Shown here: piece after piece, positions 8,766 through 18,040 of the stretch | Layout: each line of letters starts with the position of its first letter | Numbering within the stretch: position 1 is the stretch's first letter | NCBI GenBank assembly: GCA_963808785.1 | Contig: CAWEGH010000008.1 | Coordinates: forward strand, 2,668-66,667 | Source: Candidatus Dormiibacterota bacterium | GTDB taxonomy: Bacteria > Chloroflexota > Dormibacteria > Dormibacterales > Dormibacteraceae | Length of the DNA: 64,000 nucleotides | Direction: 5' to 3' | Program-made: the position numbers and the translations under genes | The notes under the pieces: model-generated | Databases searched by the model: none | What the model was told of the DNA's origin: nothing | The model's input: only the letters and a program-made list of their open reading frames with translations

Positions 8766-10988
8766 TCAGTCGACTTCGGCCACCTCGGGTTCGAAGTGCG
8801 GGAGCGCCGCGTCGAGCCAGCGCGGGACCCACCAGCAGATACGGCCGAGCAGTGACATGGTCGCGGGAACCAGCGCCAGCCGGATCACGGTGGCATCGAT
8901 CAGAACCGAGACGCCGAGGCCCAGCGCCAGCATCTTGATGATGGGATTCTCGTCGAGCAGGAAGGCGAAGAAGACGCAGGCCATGGCCAGCGCAGCGCAG
9001 CTGATCACCCGGCCCGTCTGGCTGAGCCCGAAAGCCACGCTGCCCTGCGGGTCGCCGGTCCGCAGCCAATCCTCACGGATCCGGGCGAGCAGGAAGACTT
9101 CGTAGTCCATGGAGAGACCGAACACGATCGCGAACATGATCATCGGCACGTAGGACTGGATCGGCAGCGTCTCCGGCACGCCCAGCAGAGAGGACCCCCA
9201 ACCCCACTGGAAGACCGCGACCACAACGCCATAGGCGGCGCCGATGGAGAGCAGATTCATGACCGCGGCCTTGACGGCCAGCACCGGCGCTCGGAACATC
9301 ACGAGCAGAATCACGAACGAGGCGGCGACCACGACCGCGATGATCACGGGCAGCCGCTGCGTGACGAGATCTTGAAACTCCAGGTTGCCGGCCAGCGCCC
9401 CCGTCACGTAACCGGTCGCATGGTACGGACCCAGAGTGCTCGGCAGCGTCTCATTACTGATCGTGTTGAAGACGGCGTCGGTGGCCGCATCCTGCGGCCC
9501 GGTCGTGGGCTGCACCGTGCACACCACCAGGGCGCCGTCGCTGGTGGGCGTCGGCGTGGTCACCGACTTGACTCCGTCGACCTTCGCCAGGTTCGTTTGC
9601 AGGCTGCTGCTCAGGGACTGAATCGCTTGTTGGTTGCCCACATCCCCGGCGGCCGGCTGAACCACGATGGTGAACGTCCCGTTCGCGCCCGGGCCGAAGG
9701 CGGAGCTGATCTGGTCGTAGGCCTGCCGGTCGGAAAACGAGGATGGATTCGCGCCCGCCTGGATGGTGCCCAGCTGCATGGTGCGCAACGGAAGCGCCAG
9801 TAGGAGCAGGATGACCACGCCGCCGGCCAGGAAGTACCACGCGCGATGCTCGATGAGCATCGCCCAGCGACCCCAGAAGCCTCCACCCTCGGGGCCCTTT
9901 TCGGCCGTGGGGCGTCCCACCGAGGGGCGGTCGATGGCACGACCGGCGAGACCCAAGAGCGCCGGCACCAGCGTCAAGGCGGCCAGCGCGGCGACGACGA
10001 CCGTGATCCCCGCCGCCACGCCCAGCTTGCCGATGAAGCCGATGCCGGACGCGTAGAGGCCGAGCAGCGCGATGATCACGGTGCCGGCTGCGATCAGGAC
10101 CGCGCGGCCGCTGGATTCGGTGGTCTGCCCGGCCGCGAGGACGGGGGCGACGCCATCCATCAGCCGCTGCCGGAAGTGGGTGGTCAGGAAGAGCCCGTAG
10201 TCGATGCCGACCCCCAAACCCATCATCAACGCGAGCGTGGGTGAGACGGTGGCGAACGTCGTCAAAGACGCGACCAATCCAAGGAGGGCGACTCCGGTGA
10301 AGACGGCCGCGATCGCGGAGACGATGGGAAGGAAGGCTCCTTTGACGCTCCCGAAGACGAAGAGCAGCGCCAGAATCGCGACCACGATTCCCAGGACCTC
10401 CGAGAGCCGCTCGTTCGGCTTGGGTTCCGCCGCCTTGCCGAGCAGTCCCCCATAGGTCACGGTCACTCCCGCCTGCCGAGCCGGCTTGACGGCGTTGTTG
10501 ACGTCCGAGATCAGCGAGGCGCCGGCCGTGGCCGGGTTCTCGTTGAAGTAGACCGTCGCGTACGCCGTCCCGCCGTCGGCGGAAAGGTTGGAGGCGCTGA
10601 AGGGGTTGGTGACGAGCGTCACGTGCTGAACCTTCTGCAGGTTCGCGATCGATTGCTGTATCGCCTGCTGCTCGGACGTCAAGGAACCGCTCGCGACGTG
10701 GAAGACCACCTGTCCGGCCGATCCGCTGACGGCCGGATCGTGCTGCGACAGCAGGTCTGCTCCTTTCTGCGCCGACGTGTTGGGTAACGAGAAGTTGTCG
10801 CTATAGGTGCCGCCGTAGAGGCTGTTCAGTACCGTGGCGCCAACCAGCAGAACCAGCCAGACGCCCATGACCCACAAGAAATGACGAGCGAAGAAGGCAC
10901 CCCAGCGGCCGAGCGGTCCGAGGTGAGCAGGGTCGTCACGGGCGGCGGGCATGCGCGCCAGTGTTGCACGCCGGGTCCGAAACGACAA
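8766..10988 (-). CDS. MMPL family (RND-superfamily) transporter
   Basis: 740-aa two-lobed, 12-TM profile with duplicated motifs GVGIDYGLFL and GLSMDYEVFLLARIRE. The start may instead be the internal Met 13 (10952). Confidence 0.9.
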   Translation of the reverse strand: MSFRTRRATLARMPAARDDPAHLGPLGRWGAFFARHFLWVMGVWLVLLVGATVLNSLYGGTYSDNFSLPNTSAQKGADLLSQHDPAVSGSAGQVVFHVASGSLTSEQQAIQQSIANLQKVQHVTLVTNPFSASNLSADGGTAYATVYFNENPATAGASLISDVNNAVKPARQAGVTVTYGGLLGKAAEPKPNERLSEVLGIVVAILALLFVFGSVKGAFLPIVSAIAAVFTGVALLGLVASLTTFATVSPTLALMMGLGVGIDYGLFLTTHFRQRLMDGVAPVLAAGQTTESSGRAVLIAAGTVIIALLGLYASGIGFIGKLGVAAGITVVVAALAALTLVPALLGLAGRAIDRPSVGRPTAEKGPEGGGFWGRWAMLIEHRAWYFLAGGVVILLLLALPLRTMQLGTIQAGANPSSFSDRQAYDQISSAFGPGANGTFTIVVQPAAGDVGNQQAIQSLSSSLQTNLAKVDGVKSVTTPTPTSDGALVVCTVQPTTGPQDAATDAVFNTISNETLPSTLGPYHATGYVTGALAGNLEFQDLVTQRLPVIIAVVVAASFVILLVMFRAPVLAVKAAVMNLLSIGAAYGVVVAVFQWGWGSSLLGVPETLPIQSYVPMIMFAIVFGLSMDYEVFLLARIREDWLRTGDPQGSVAFGLSQTGRVISCAALAMACVFFAFLLDENPIIKMLALGLGVSVLIDATVIRLALVPATMSLLGRICWWVPRWLDAALPHFEPEVAEVD

Positions 10989-11077
10989 CCAATCCTGTGA
11001 GGGACATTCCGGCTTGTGTGGAGGACATCCCGGCTACCAATGGGTCGGCCTTAGGCCATCGCTATCGGTGCTCGCGA

Positions 11078-11420
11078 CTAGCCGGCCAGGACCCGATACT
11101 TCTGAGCCTCGAATTCGGCATCCGTCAAAACGCCGCTTGCCCGGAGCTGGCCGAGCCGTTCCAGCTGGTCGATCATGCCGCTTGGCGCGGGCGCGGGCGC
11201 GGGTCCGGGTCCGGGTCCGGGCGCGGGATACGCTGAGCCGCCGGCCGGTTGGTGAGTCGCGGCGGGCGAGTGCGGCCCCGCGACCGGAGCGCCGCCGGGC
11301 CCGGTCCGGCGGCCCATACGGCCCCCACTGGGCCGCCTGCCGGTCAAGGATCCGCTGATGAATGACATCTGCGGTCTTCACCGCGACGACGGCCTTCAAA
11401 CCTGTCTTCAAGAGGCCCAT
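11078..11420 (-). pseudogene. SHOCT-domain protein whose N-terminal helix and SHOCT domain lie in different frames
   Basis: GGGAGGA RBS then ATG 11420 gives MGLLKTGLKAVVAVKTADVIHQRILDRQAAQWG in one frame. The Gly/Pro linker plus MIDQLERLGQLRASGVLTDAEFEAQKYRVLAG (SHOCT) is in the ORF 11078..11368 frame. The shift falls at about 11290-11330. Confidence 0.55.
11185..11226. repeat. hexanucleotide tandem repeat: (GCGCGG)3 (GTCCGG)3 (GCGCGG)1
   Basis: Read directly. Encodes the GPGPGPAPAPAP linker of the SHOCT protein on the minus strand. Confidence 0.9.
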
Positions 11421-11467
11421 TTCTGCTCTCATTCCTCCCGATTCATGTTGGAGCCGGTATGCGCTGG

Positions 11468-11866
11468 CTATTCGAGCGCTGCCAGAACGTCGTTGGCGGC
11501 AAGGCGTTCCCAGCCGATGAGCCGGGCCGTGCTTTCGTCCAGGGCGGTGAGCAGCGGCACTGCCCATGCGTTCTCGTACACCAGGATCCCGGCCAGACTT
11601 CCGGGTGCGATGGCGGCGCCGACCTGCGCAAAGTCGTCATCGTCGAGCAATCCCGATGCGGCACCGTCGTGTTCCACGTCCTTCAACGCGACCTTCGATA
11701 CGGATCCGTCTGCGGCTTTGGCGATGAACTGCAGATCCAGAACTCGGATCGCTCCTGCTCGCACCATCTTCATCACCAGCCGGAAGCCGACTCCGGTGAT
11801 GACGCCGCCTGGAAACTCGACCGCGATGCAGTCGACGGGCCCCAGTATGTCGGACGCCATGGCCAT
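11468..11866 (-). CDS. small soluble protein (DUF6325/DUF1269-like) usually paired with SHOCT proteins
   Basis: ILGPVDCIAVEFPGG...AIRVLDLQFIAKAADGSVSKVALKDVEHD...LVYENAWAVPL. Lies immediately upstream of the SHOCT gene on the same strand. The family assignment is from memory of this gene pairing. Confidence 0.5.
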   Translation of the reverse strand: MAMASDILGPVDCIAVEFPGGVITGVGFRLVMKMVRAGAIRVLDLQFIAKAADGSVSKVALKDVEHDGAASGLLDDDDFAQVGAAIAPGSLAGILVYENAWAVPLLTALDESTARLIGWERLAANDVLAALE

Positions 11867-11904
11867 CCTCCGCTTTTCAAGGATTTGGTCGACTTAGGGC
11901 CCGC

Positions 11905-13185
11905 CGCGTAATAAGGCGGACAAAGAGGATGGTCAGGGATCCGGGTTGAGGGTGTAGTTCCACTCGCCGTGGAAGTCGTGCGGATAGAGGCCGATCGCAG
12001 CCATCTCGGAGTCCGGGACGGCGACCTTCGTCGGGTAGCCGCCGGAGTCGCGTTGGGCGTGGACGCGCAGCCCGGGCTGTGAGGTGGTTGCCGCGATCAG
12101 TTGCACGACCACCTCGTGGCTGGTGAGCGGCCTCCCCCTCCAATTCATGCTGATGTGCGAGAAGAGCCGGTGTTCGATCTTGTTCCACTTGCTCGTCCCA
12201 GGAGGTAGGTGGCACACCGTAATCGCCAGACCAGCCTCCTGGGCAAAGCGCCAGAGCTCATGCTTCCAGGCCCGGACTCGGTAGCCGTTGGCGCCACCCC
12301 CATCCGCGCAGATCAAGAGCCGGCCGGCGTCGGGATACGCTTGCACGCCGTCTCCGCGCCACCAGCGGCGGATGCTCTCGACCGCAAAGGCGGCGGTTTC
12401 GTGATCCTGCCCGACGTTGACCCAACCCACGTTGCGCCCGATGTCATAGATGCCGTAGGGGATCGCCTTGCCCTGCTCGCTCACGAAGTCGTGGATGTTC
12501 ACCGGCACCGGCTCGCCCTTCGGCCGCCACTCCCGACCCTGGTTCTTGAACTCGCCGATGAGCTCCTTCTTCTTGCAGTCCACCGAGACCACGGGGAGGC
12601 CCGCATCGCGAAACTGGCGGGCCCGCTCGTTGAGATACCGGAACTGGGCATCGCGATCGGGATGCTGGTTCCCCTCCTTGGTCTTGAGGTTGGCCTGGAG
12701 GCTGTAGCCCTGCTCCTTGAGCATGGCCCCGACCGTGGTCGGGCTTACCGGGTGCCCGCCGCGCGTCAGCGCCAAGGCCAGCTGACCGGTGCTCTTGCAG
12801 GTCCAACGCAGGGGCGATTCGGGATCGCCTCGAACGTCCGGGTCGAGGAGTGCATCCAGCGCCGCCGCCAGCTCGGGGTCGGTCTTGGTCAGCGGCTTTC
12901 GTCCGGCCCCCGGCCGGCGGATGCGGGCGTCGCTCGCCGGGGGAGCGTCGAGGTCTTTCATGCCGTCGTAGAGGGTCTGGCGCGACATCTTGGTAGCGCG
13001 CGAAACAGTCGAGATTCCCCCTCTGCCGAGAGCACGGGCCTCTGCACACGCCCAGAGACGGCGCTGGCGCTCATTGAAGTGCGGAGCGACAGCCTCCCAG
13101 CGGGTGCGGACAGCGGTCTCCGTCTCTATGGGCCGAGCCTATCACACCCTGTACCATTTGTCCAGTTAATTTTAGAGTGGACCCA
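11905..13185 (-). mobile_element. ISAzo13-family insertion sequence (boundaries approximate)
   Basis: Carries a single DDE transposase. Imperfect inverted termini: left GGACAAAGAGGATGGTCAGGG, right (reverse complement) GGACAAATGGTACAGGG. AT-rich ends (TTAATTTTAGAG). Confidence 0.7.
11933..13129 (-). CDS. ISAzo13-family DDE transposase
   Basis: ORF 11933..12988 shows ESPLRWTCKS...VSVDCKKKELIG...LLICADGGGANGYR...CHLPPGTSKWNKIEHRLF. The in-frame upstream 47 codons encode the usual N-terminal HTH (PHFNERQRRLWACAEARALGRGGISTVSRA) but contain no ATG, GTG or TTG. An ATA at 13129 sits where a start is expected. Confidence 0.8.
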   Translation of the reverse strand: METETAVRTRWEAVAPHFNERQRRLWACAEARALGRGGISTVSRATKMSRQTLYDGMKDLDAPPASDARIRRPGAGRKPLTKTDPELAAALDALLDPDVRGDPESPLRWTCKSTGQLALALTRGGHPVSPTTVGAMLKEQGYSLQANLKTKEGNQHPDRDAQFRYLNERARQFRDAGLPVVSVDCKKKELIGEFKNQGREWRPKGEPVPVNIHDFVSEQGKAIPYGIYDIGRNVGWVNVGQDHETAAFAVESIRRWWRGDGVQAYPDAGRLLICADGGGANGYRVRAWKHELWRFAQEAGLAITVCHLPPGTSKWNKIEHRLFSHISMNWRGRPLTSHEVVVQLIAATTSQPGLRVHAQRDSGGYPTKVAVPDSEMAAIGLYPHDFHGEWNYTLNPDP

Positions 13186-13554
13186 TTAGCAGCCAGGAGG
13201 GAGGCACCGCCCCTGCCACGGGTCTTCTCCTGATGGGCACAAGGGCCGCGTGCTCGACCAATGTCCCATTGAGCTACTGACCCCACACGGATGGGGCGTC
13301 CCCGCATTCGACAAAACCTGGCCAGCCGGCGAAGGCCCCGCCCGGCCACCCTGCAACGCCTCCTCTGTGTGCTCGTCCGTCTTGCTTTCACGCTCATCCG
13401 CCATCCGCTCCCGCTCGTCGGCGATCCGCTCGCGCTCATCGGCGGTCAAGTCCGTCCTGTCGAAGGCGTCCTGGAGGGCGGCGAACCGCTCTCTGGCGCG
13501 AGTGACGGCGGCTTGCAGTTTCTCCACCCGACCCTTCTCGTCGTCTTTCCGCAT
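13186..13554 (-). CDS. hypothetical coiled-coil protein with ADERER repeats; the 3' end abuts the IS
   Basis: The N-terminal 60 aa are plausible (VEKLQAAVTRARERFAALQDAFDRTDLTADERERIADERERMADERE). The tail looks non-protein-like and stops exactly at the IS boundary. Confidence 0.3.
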   Translation of the reverse strand: MRKDDEKGRVEKLQAAVTRARERFAALQDAFDRTDLTADERERIADERERMADERESKTDEHTEEALQGGRAGPSPAGQVLSNAGTPHPCGVSSSMGHWSSTRPLCPSGEDPWQGRCLPPGC

Positions 13555-13661
13555 CGACGTGCTTCTCCGTTCGACTGGGCAAGGTACATGCTTCGGCGTG
13601 CGACCGGGCCAGGGTGATTGTCCGGCATCGCCCCTGACCGGGCCGCACAGTTACGGGGGGT

Positions 13662-13949
13662 TCAGCGAACGCCCTGAAGCCGCCGGATCCCAAGATTCAG
13701 CTGCAGCAAGCACCTCTCCAGCTCCTCCAGCCAGCGCCGCTGACCGAGGCGGATTTGGTTCACGCTCGCGGCGCCGCCGACGGAGTCGGCCACCCGCTCC
13801 GCCTCGGCGACCAGGCGCCACTGCAGCTGAGCCTGGTTTGCCCACGCCCGAATCAGGCGCATCAGATCCCCACGGTCCGCCGTGGTCGCCGCGAGCAGGG
13901 CATCCACGGGCGGCGTACTCCGCTTCGCTGCCGGGCGAGGACCCACCAT
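13662..13949 (-). CDS. hypothetical helical protein
   Basis: 95-aa ORF with a helical heptad-like sequence (LMRLIRAWANQAQLQWRLVAEAERVADS...). No family recognised. Confidence 0.3.
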   Translation of the reverse strand: MVGPRPAAKRSTPPVDALLAATTADRGDLMRLIRAWANQAQLQWRLVAEAERVADSVGGAASVNQIRLGQRRWLEELERCLLQLNLGIRRLQGVR

Positions 13950-14421
13950 CGCGCCGGCACTCTACCGGCCGGCCGCGGGTGCGGGCGTCGATTTGTCCCA
14001 AGTCGCGGGAGCCGCGCGCGGCGCCGGCCCGAGATAGAGGACACAAACCCGACGCTTGTAACGATAGCGCCGGCGTGGGACCCACCGGTCAGCGGTCGCT
14101 GCCTTGCTACGTGACCATCACCTGGGTACTGCTGCTCGTCCTCGCCATGTTTCCGTTGTTGTCGGTCTCCCTTGACCTGCTCGCCGATGTGTCGGTCGGG
14201 ATCCCGGGCGACCACCGGGACGCGCTGCGGGTCCTGGCCGGCTCCACGCCGTCATCGTAGCGGTGCCCTTCCGGTCGGGCAGTGGTGGGTGGTGCTGGCC
14301 GCATCGCCCTGCCCGTGCTGCTTCTCCTCCAGCTGCCCCCGATTGCTCCGGCCTCGAACGGGTCAGCCCGCAGCCGCGAGTTGGTGCCCGGTGATCGGAG
14401 CGGTTCGGCCCGAGCGAGCCC

Positions 14422-14954
14422 TCAAACCAGGCGCTCAACGATCAGAAACGCCCCCAGCGCTACGAAGGCCAGCCCCGCCAGACGCTCCGCACCCTCCCGC
14501 ACCCGTTCGCCGATCAACCTGCCGAGTGCAAGCCCGAGCTGACTGGCGACGACGGTCTGGACCCCGATCGCGATCAGCACCGGCACCAATGGCAACCGGC
14601 TCAGCCCGAGGCTGAAGCCGATCGCGAGCTCGTCGAGGCTGATGCTGGCTCCCAGTAGGGCGGCCATGGCGGGATTGGCCGACAGCAGCCGTGAAGCCTT
14701 ACCGCCGTCGCCCTCGTCCCGTCGGACGAGGAACCAAACCCCGACTCCGACCAGCAAGGCGGCCGCCAACCACTCGCTCCACCGACCGGCGAAGCCCGCG
14801 ACCGTGTGCCCACACAGCACGCCGATCAACGGCATTCCAACCTCGAAGATCACGAACAGTGCCGAGACGCGAATGCGCGTTCGGAGTGGCGGCCGCAAGG
14901 TCCCAACGCCGCCGCGAGGGCAAAGGTATCGATGCCCAGCGGCACCACGAACAA
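14422..14954 (-). pseudogene. mntP: MntP-family manganese efflux pump with a single frameshift
   Basis: The N-terminus (L)FVVPLGIDTFALAAALG is in the ORF 14850..15167 frame. The rest, LRTRIRVSALFVIFEVGMPLIGVL...ISLDELAIGFSLG...AFLIVERLV, is in the ORF 14422..15513 frame. The junction is at about 14895 (GGGACC). Confidence 0.65.
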
Positions 14955-15090
14955 GATGACTCGGACTGCCTCCGCGGCCGGCGACGGCACCCTCAGAAGT
15001 TTGCTCGCGAGCGCGCCGCCCCGGCGCGGATTCACGCCGGGGGTGAGCCTCAGGTCCCACGAAGACGGTCCTCGGGATCGCCCTAGAGTT

Positions 15091-15648
15091 GTGCGAGTGC
15101 CTCCGACCGGGACCAGGAGCACGCGACTCGTCGTCTTGCGGGGCCCATCGGGAGCGGGCAAGTCCACGACCGCTCGCCGGCTTCGCGAGCATCTCGGCCG
15201 CCAGGTCGCCCTCGTCGAACAGGACTACCTGCGGCGGACCGTGCTCAAGGAGCTCGATCGGCCGGGTGGCGGCGCACCCGACCTGATCTCGCTCGTGGCC
15301 CGGTTCGCTCTCGATCTCGGGCTCGACGTGATCGTCGAGGGCATCCTGGGGAGCACCCATCATGCCCCGATGCTGGAGCGGCTGGCAACCGACCATGCCG
15401 GGCGCACGACGTTTTACCGGTTCGAGGTCTCGTGGCCGGAAACGGTGAGGCGACACCGGGCCCGCCCCCAGGCGCGAGAGTTCGGCGTCGACGAGATGCG
15501 GCGGTGGTGGCATGGGCTCGATCCACTGCCCTTCGTCGAGGAACGCGTGATACCGGAGACGGCGACCGTTGACGCGACGGTGTCGCGGATCCTGTCGGAA
15601 GCCTTTGGGAACGGTGCGAGTGAGGGCCTCGGTACCGGCTCAGGTTGA
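15091..15648 (+). CDS. P-loop NTPase/kinase (AAA_33 / zeta-toxin-like fold)
   Basis: Walker A LRGPSGAGKST close to the N-terminus. GTG start at 15091 or 15097, inside ORF 14806..15648. Confidence 0.65.
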   Translation: MRVPPTGTRSTRLVVLRGPSGAGKSTTARRLREHLGRQVALVEQDYLRRTVLKELDRPGGGAPDLISLVARFALDLGLDVIVEGILGSTHHAPMLERLATDHAGRTTFYRFEVSWPETVRRHRARPQAREFGVDEMRRWWHGLDPLPFVEERVIPETATVDATVSRILSEAFGNGASEGLGTGSG

Positions 15649-15810
15649 CCCCCGTCGCTCGAACACGACGCCGTCCGGCAAAGGCCTGCCCCACAACACG
15701 TCCGGGTCCTTTCCGGGGCGGGGTGTCGAGCCTGAAGTCGAAGGCGATGTCGATCGCCTCCGACCGCCCGGTGGCGCGCCGGCCGTACATCGACTGCTAG
15801 CTTCGTCCGC

Positions 15811-16815
15811 ATGACCGGTTCGGGGGCGGTGACCGACTGGCTGTTGGCGTCCGATCCGTCGATCCGCTGGCAGGCGATGCGGGACCTGCTGGGCGCGCCG
15901 GCGTCGGAGTGGGCGGCGGAGCGGGCCAGGGTGGAGACCGATGGGTGGGGAGCGCGCCTGCTCTCCCACCAAGATCGGGACGGGCAGTGGGCCGGTGGCG
16001 CGTTCCTGCCGCGTGACTTCGATTCGCGGGAGTGGCGGGAAATCGGCCAGCCGTGGACGGCCACCACGTTCGCCTTGACGCAGCTCCGGGAGTTCGGTCT
16101 CGATCCGTCTTCGGAACGGGCGCGGCGAGCCGTCGAATTGATCGGCCTCAACTCGCGATGGGACCACGCCGGGGAGCCCTACTGGGCGGGCGAAGTCGAG
16201 GAGTGCATCAACGGTCGGGTGACCGCCGACGGCGCCTACTTCGGGGTCGACGTGTCACCCATCGTCGAGCGGCTGGTCGGTGAGCGTCTCGAGGACGGTG
16301 GCTGGAACTGTGAGCGAGCCAACGGCTCGGTCCGGTCGTCCTTCGCGACCACCATCAACGTGCTGGAGGGGCTGCTGGAGTACGAGCGTGCCACCGGAGG
16401 TACGCCTGAATCGCGCACGGCGCGCGCGTCAGGCGAGGAATATCTCCTGCAGCGGCGGCTCTTCCGGCGTCTTTCAACGGGCGAACCCGCCGACGCGCGG
16501 TTTCTATCCTTCCTCCACCCCAACCGATGGCGCTACGACATCCTCCGGGGGCTGGACTATTTCCGCTCCGCCGCCGAGGTGATCCCAGACGCGCCCGATC
16601 CCCGGCTCGGCGAGGCGATCGACCACGTGCGTTCCCGGCGCGGGGCCGACGGCAGGTGGGCGCTCGACTGGAGTCTCCCCGGGCGGGTCTGGTTCGAGGT
16701 GGACGAAGGAGTCGGAAGGCCGTCGCGCTGGGTGACCCTGCGCGCGATGCGGGTGCTCAGATGGTGGGATGAGCAGGGCCGGCCGCCGCCGCGACCGGGT
16801 CACGCTCCTGGGTGA
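15811..16815 (+). CDS. prenyltransferase/squalene-cyclase-like alpha-alpha toroid repeat protein
   Basis: Repeated DGxW motifs (DRDGQWAGG, EDGGWNCE, ADGRWALD), typical of terpenoid-cyclase/prenyltransferase beta-subunit repeats. Confidence 0.55.
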   Translation: MTGSGAVTDWLLASDPSIRWQAMRDLLGAPASEWAAERARVETDGWGARLLSHQDRDGQWAGGAFLPRDFDSREWREIGQPWTATTFALTQLREFGLDPSSERARRAVELIGLNSRWDHAGEPYWAGEVEECINGRVTADGAYFGVDVSPIVERLVGERLEDGGWNCERANGSVRSSFATTINVLEGLLEYERATGGTPESRTARASGEEYLLQRRLFRRLSTGEPADARFLSFLHPNRWRYDILRGLDYFRSAAEVIPDAPDPRLGEAIDHVRSRRGADGRWALDWSLPGRVWFEVDEGVGRPSRWVTLRAMRVLRWWDEQGRPPPRPGHAPG

Positions 16816-17947
16816 CGCTGACCCGGAGGTCGAGATCCTGGCCGAGCAGCGCCGAGATCCGCTTCACCTCCGCGCGCAGCGGCCTTCGGGGCGGCGGGCC
16901 GGCCTCAGCGAACCAGCTCACCTGGACGATTGGGTTCCTCAGCTCCCAGGTCCCACCGACGACACCGCCGGAAATGACCACGGGCGCGATCCAGCCGCTC
17001 TGCCTGCTCACGGCCCGGCGCCGGTCCGGGGGTATCACGCGCGCGTCCTCGGTACCGGGGCCGAGCAACCACTGATCGAACCCCGGCAGCAGCCGGACCG
17101 CCGCCGGTCGCGGCGGCTCGCTTCCGGCCAGGGCCGCCTCGTGCTCGGCCAGGACGTACGCGCGTTCACCCTCCACATCGACCTCCACCAGGCGGTCGCC
17201 GAGCCGGTCAAACCACGCCCGCAGCAGTCGCTTCGGTATCCGCCCCCGGGAGAGCCAGTTGCCAAAGCCTGCGACGGTGGCCGGACCGTATGCCCCCAGG
17301 TAGTCCACGATCGCCCGGGGCGCCGCCTCGTCGGGAGTCGGGACGCCGCCCCAGGCGGGGCTCGCCGCTTCGGGCCGCATGAAGGTCACCCGGTTCCCCT
17401 GGCTGGGCCCGAAGCACAGGTCACCCTGATAGGCGAGTGGTTTCAGCACCGTCCCCCAACCGGAGCGCAGCGCCTGGCCGGCGTGGGCGAGCCCGGGCCG
17501 GCGCACGACTTCGGCGCCGAGTGCCTCGCGGGTGAGAACGGCTCCGTCGAGCGCGTCACGAACCGCGAACCGGAGCCGCTCCATCTCTTCCGGCCCGAGG
17601 CCGAAGGCTCGCACCCAGCTCGGCCGCTCCCAACCGCGCCCCGCCGCGAGCAGCGACAGGAAGGCGCCCGCGCTTTCCGGTGCCAGGAGGTGCAGCGTGC
17701 CCCGCATGGCCCAGGTCTTGATCAGCTCTCCGCGCGCGAGCGCCCCGGTCACCTCCTCTGGGCTCGAGGTCTGCTGCCTGCAACGAACCGCGAGGACGGC
17801 CGACGACGCAACCTGCGCCTGCACGCCGCCCAGCCGGCGCACGACGGCCACGGCGGGGAGCTCACCGACCGGATGGAGGAGCTGCCGCTCCATCCGCCAG
17901 GCGAGTGCCTGCGACCAGGTGACCCTGCGCGGCACCCGCGTCCTCAC
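16757..17947 (-). CDS. winged-helix DNA glycosylase, AlkZ-like (HTH_42/DUF1006)
   Basis: N-terminus TWSQALAWRMERQLL...AVVRRLGGVQAQVASSAVLAVRCR and about 400 aa length match this family pattern. Confidence 0.75.
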   Translation of the reverse strand: MRTRVPRRVTWSQALAWRMERQLLHPVGELPAVAVVRRLGGVQAQVASSAVLAVRCRQQTSSPEEVTGALARGELIKTWAMRGTLHLLAPESAGAFLSLLAAGRGWERPSWVRAFGLGPEEMERLRFAVRDALDGAVLTREALGAEVVRRPGLAHAGQALRSGWGTVLKPLAYQGDLCFGPSQGNRVTFMRPEAASPAWGGVPTPDEAAPRAIVDYLGAYGPATVAGFGNWLSRGRIPKRLLRAWFDRLGDRLVEVDVEGERAYVLAEHEAALAGSEPPRPAAVRLLPGFDQWLLGPGTEDARVIPPDRRRAVSRQSGWIAPVVISGGVVGGTWELRNPIVQVSWFAEAGPPPRRPLRAEVKRISALLGQDLDLRVSVTQERDPVAAAAGPAHPTI

Positions 17948-18040
17948 AGAGGGACGTTCGTATACAGACGCACGTCAAATCCCGCCGCGATTGGTCCTCT
18001 TGTATACAAACGACCGATTTCCGGGGGCACCTGGAACGGG

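Noticed and set aside
14955-15090. yybP-ykoY manganese riboswitch upstream of mntP.
   Set aside because: The conserved GGGGAGUAG and GACAUA-type cores are not present in the minus-strand leader.
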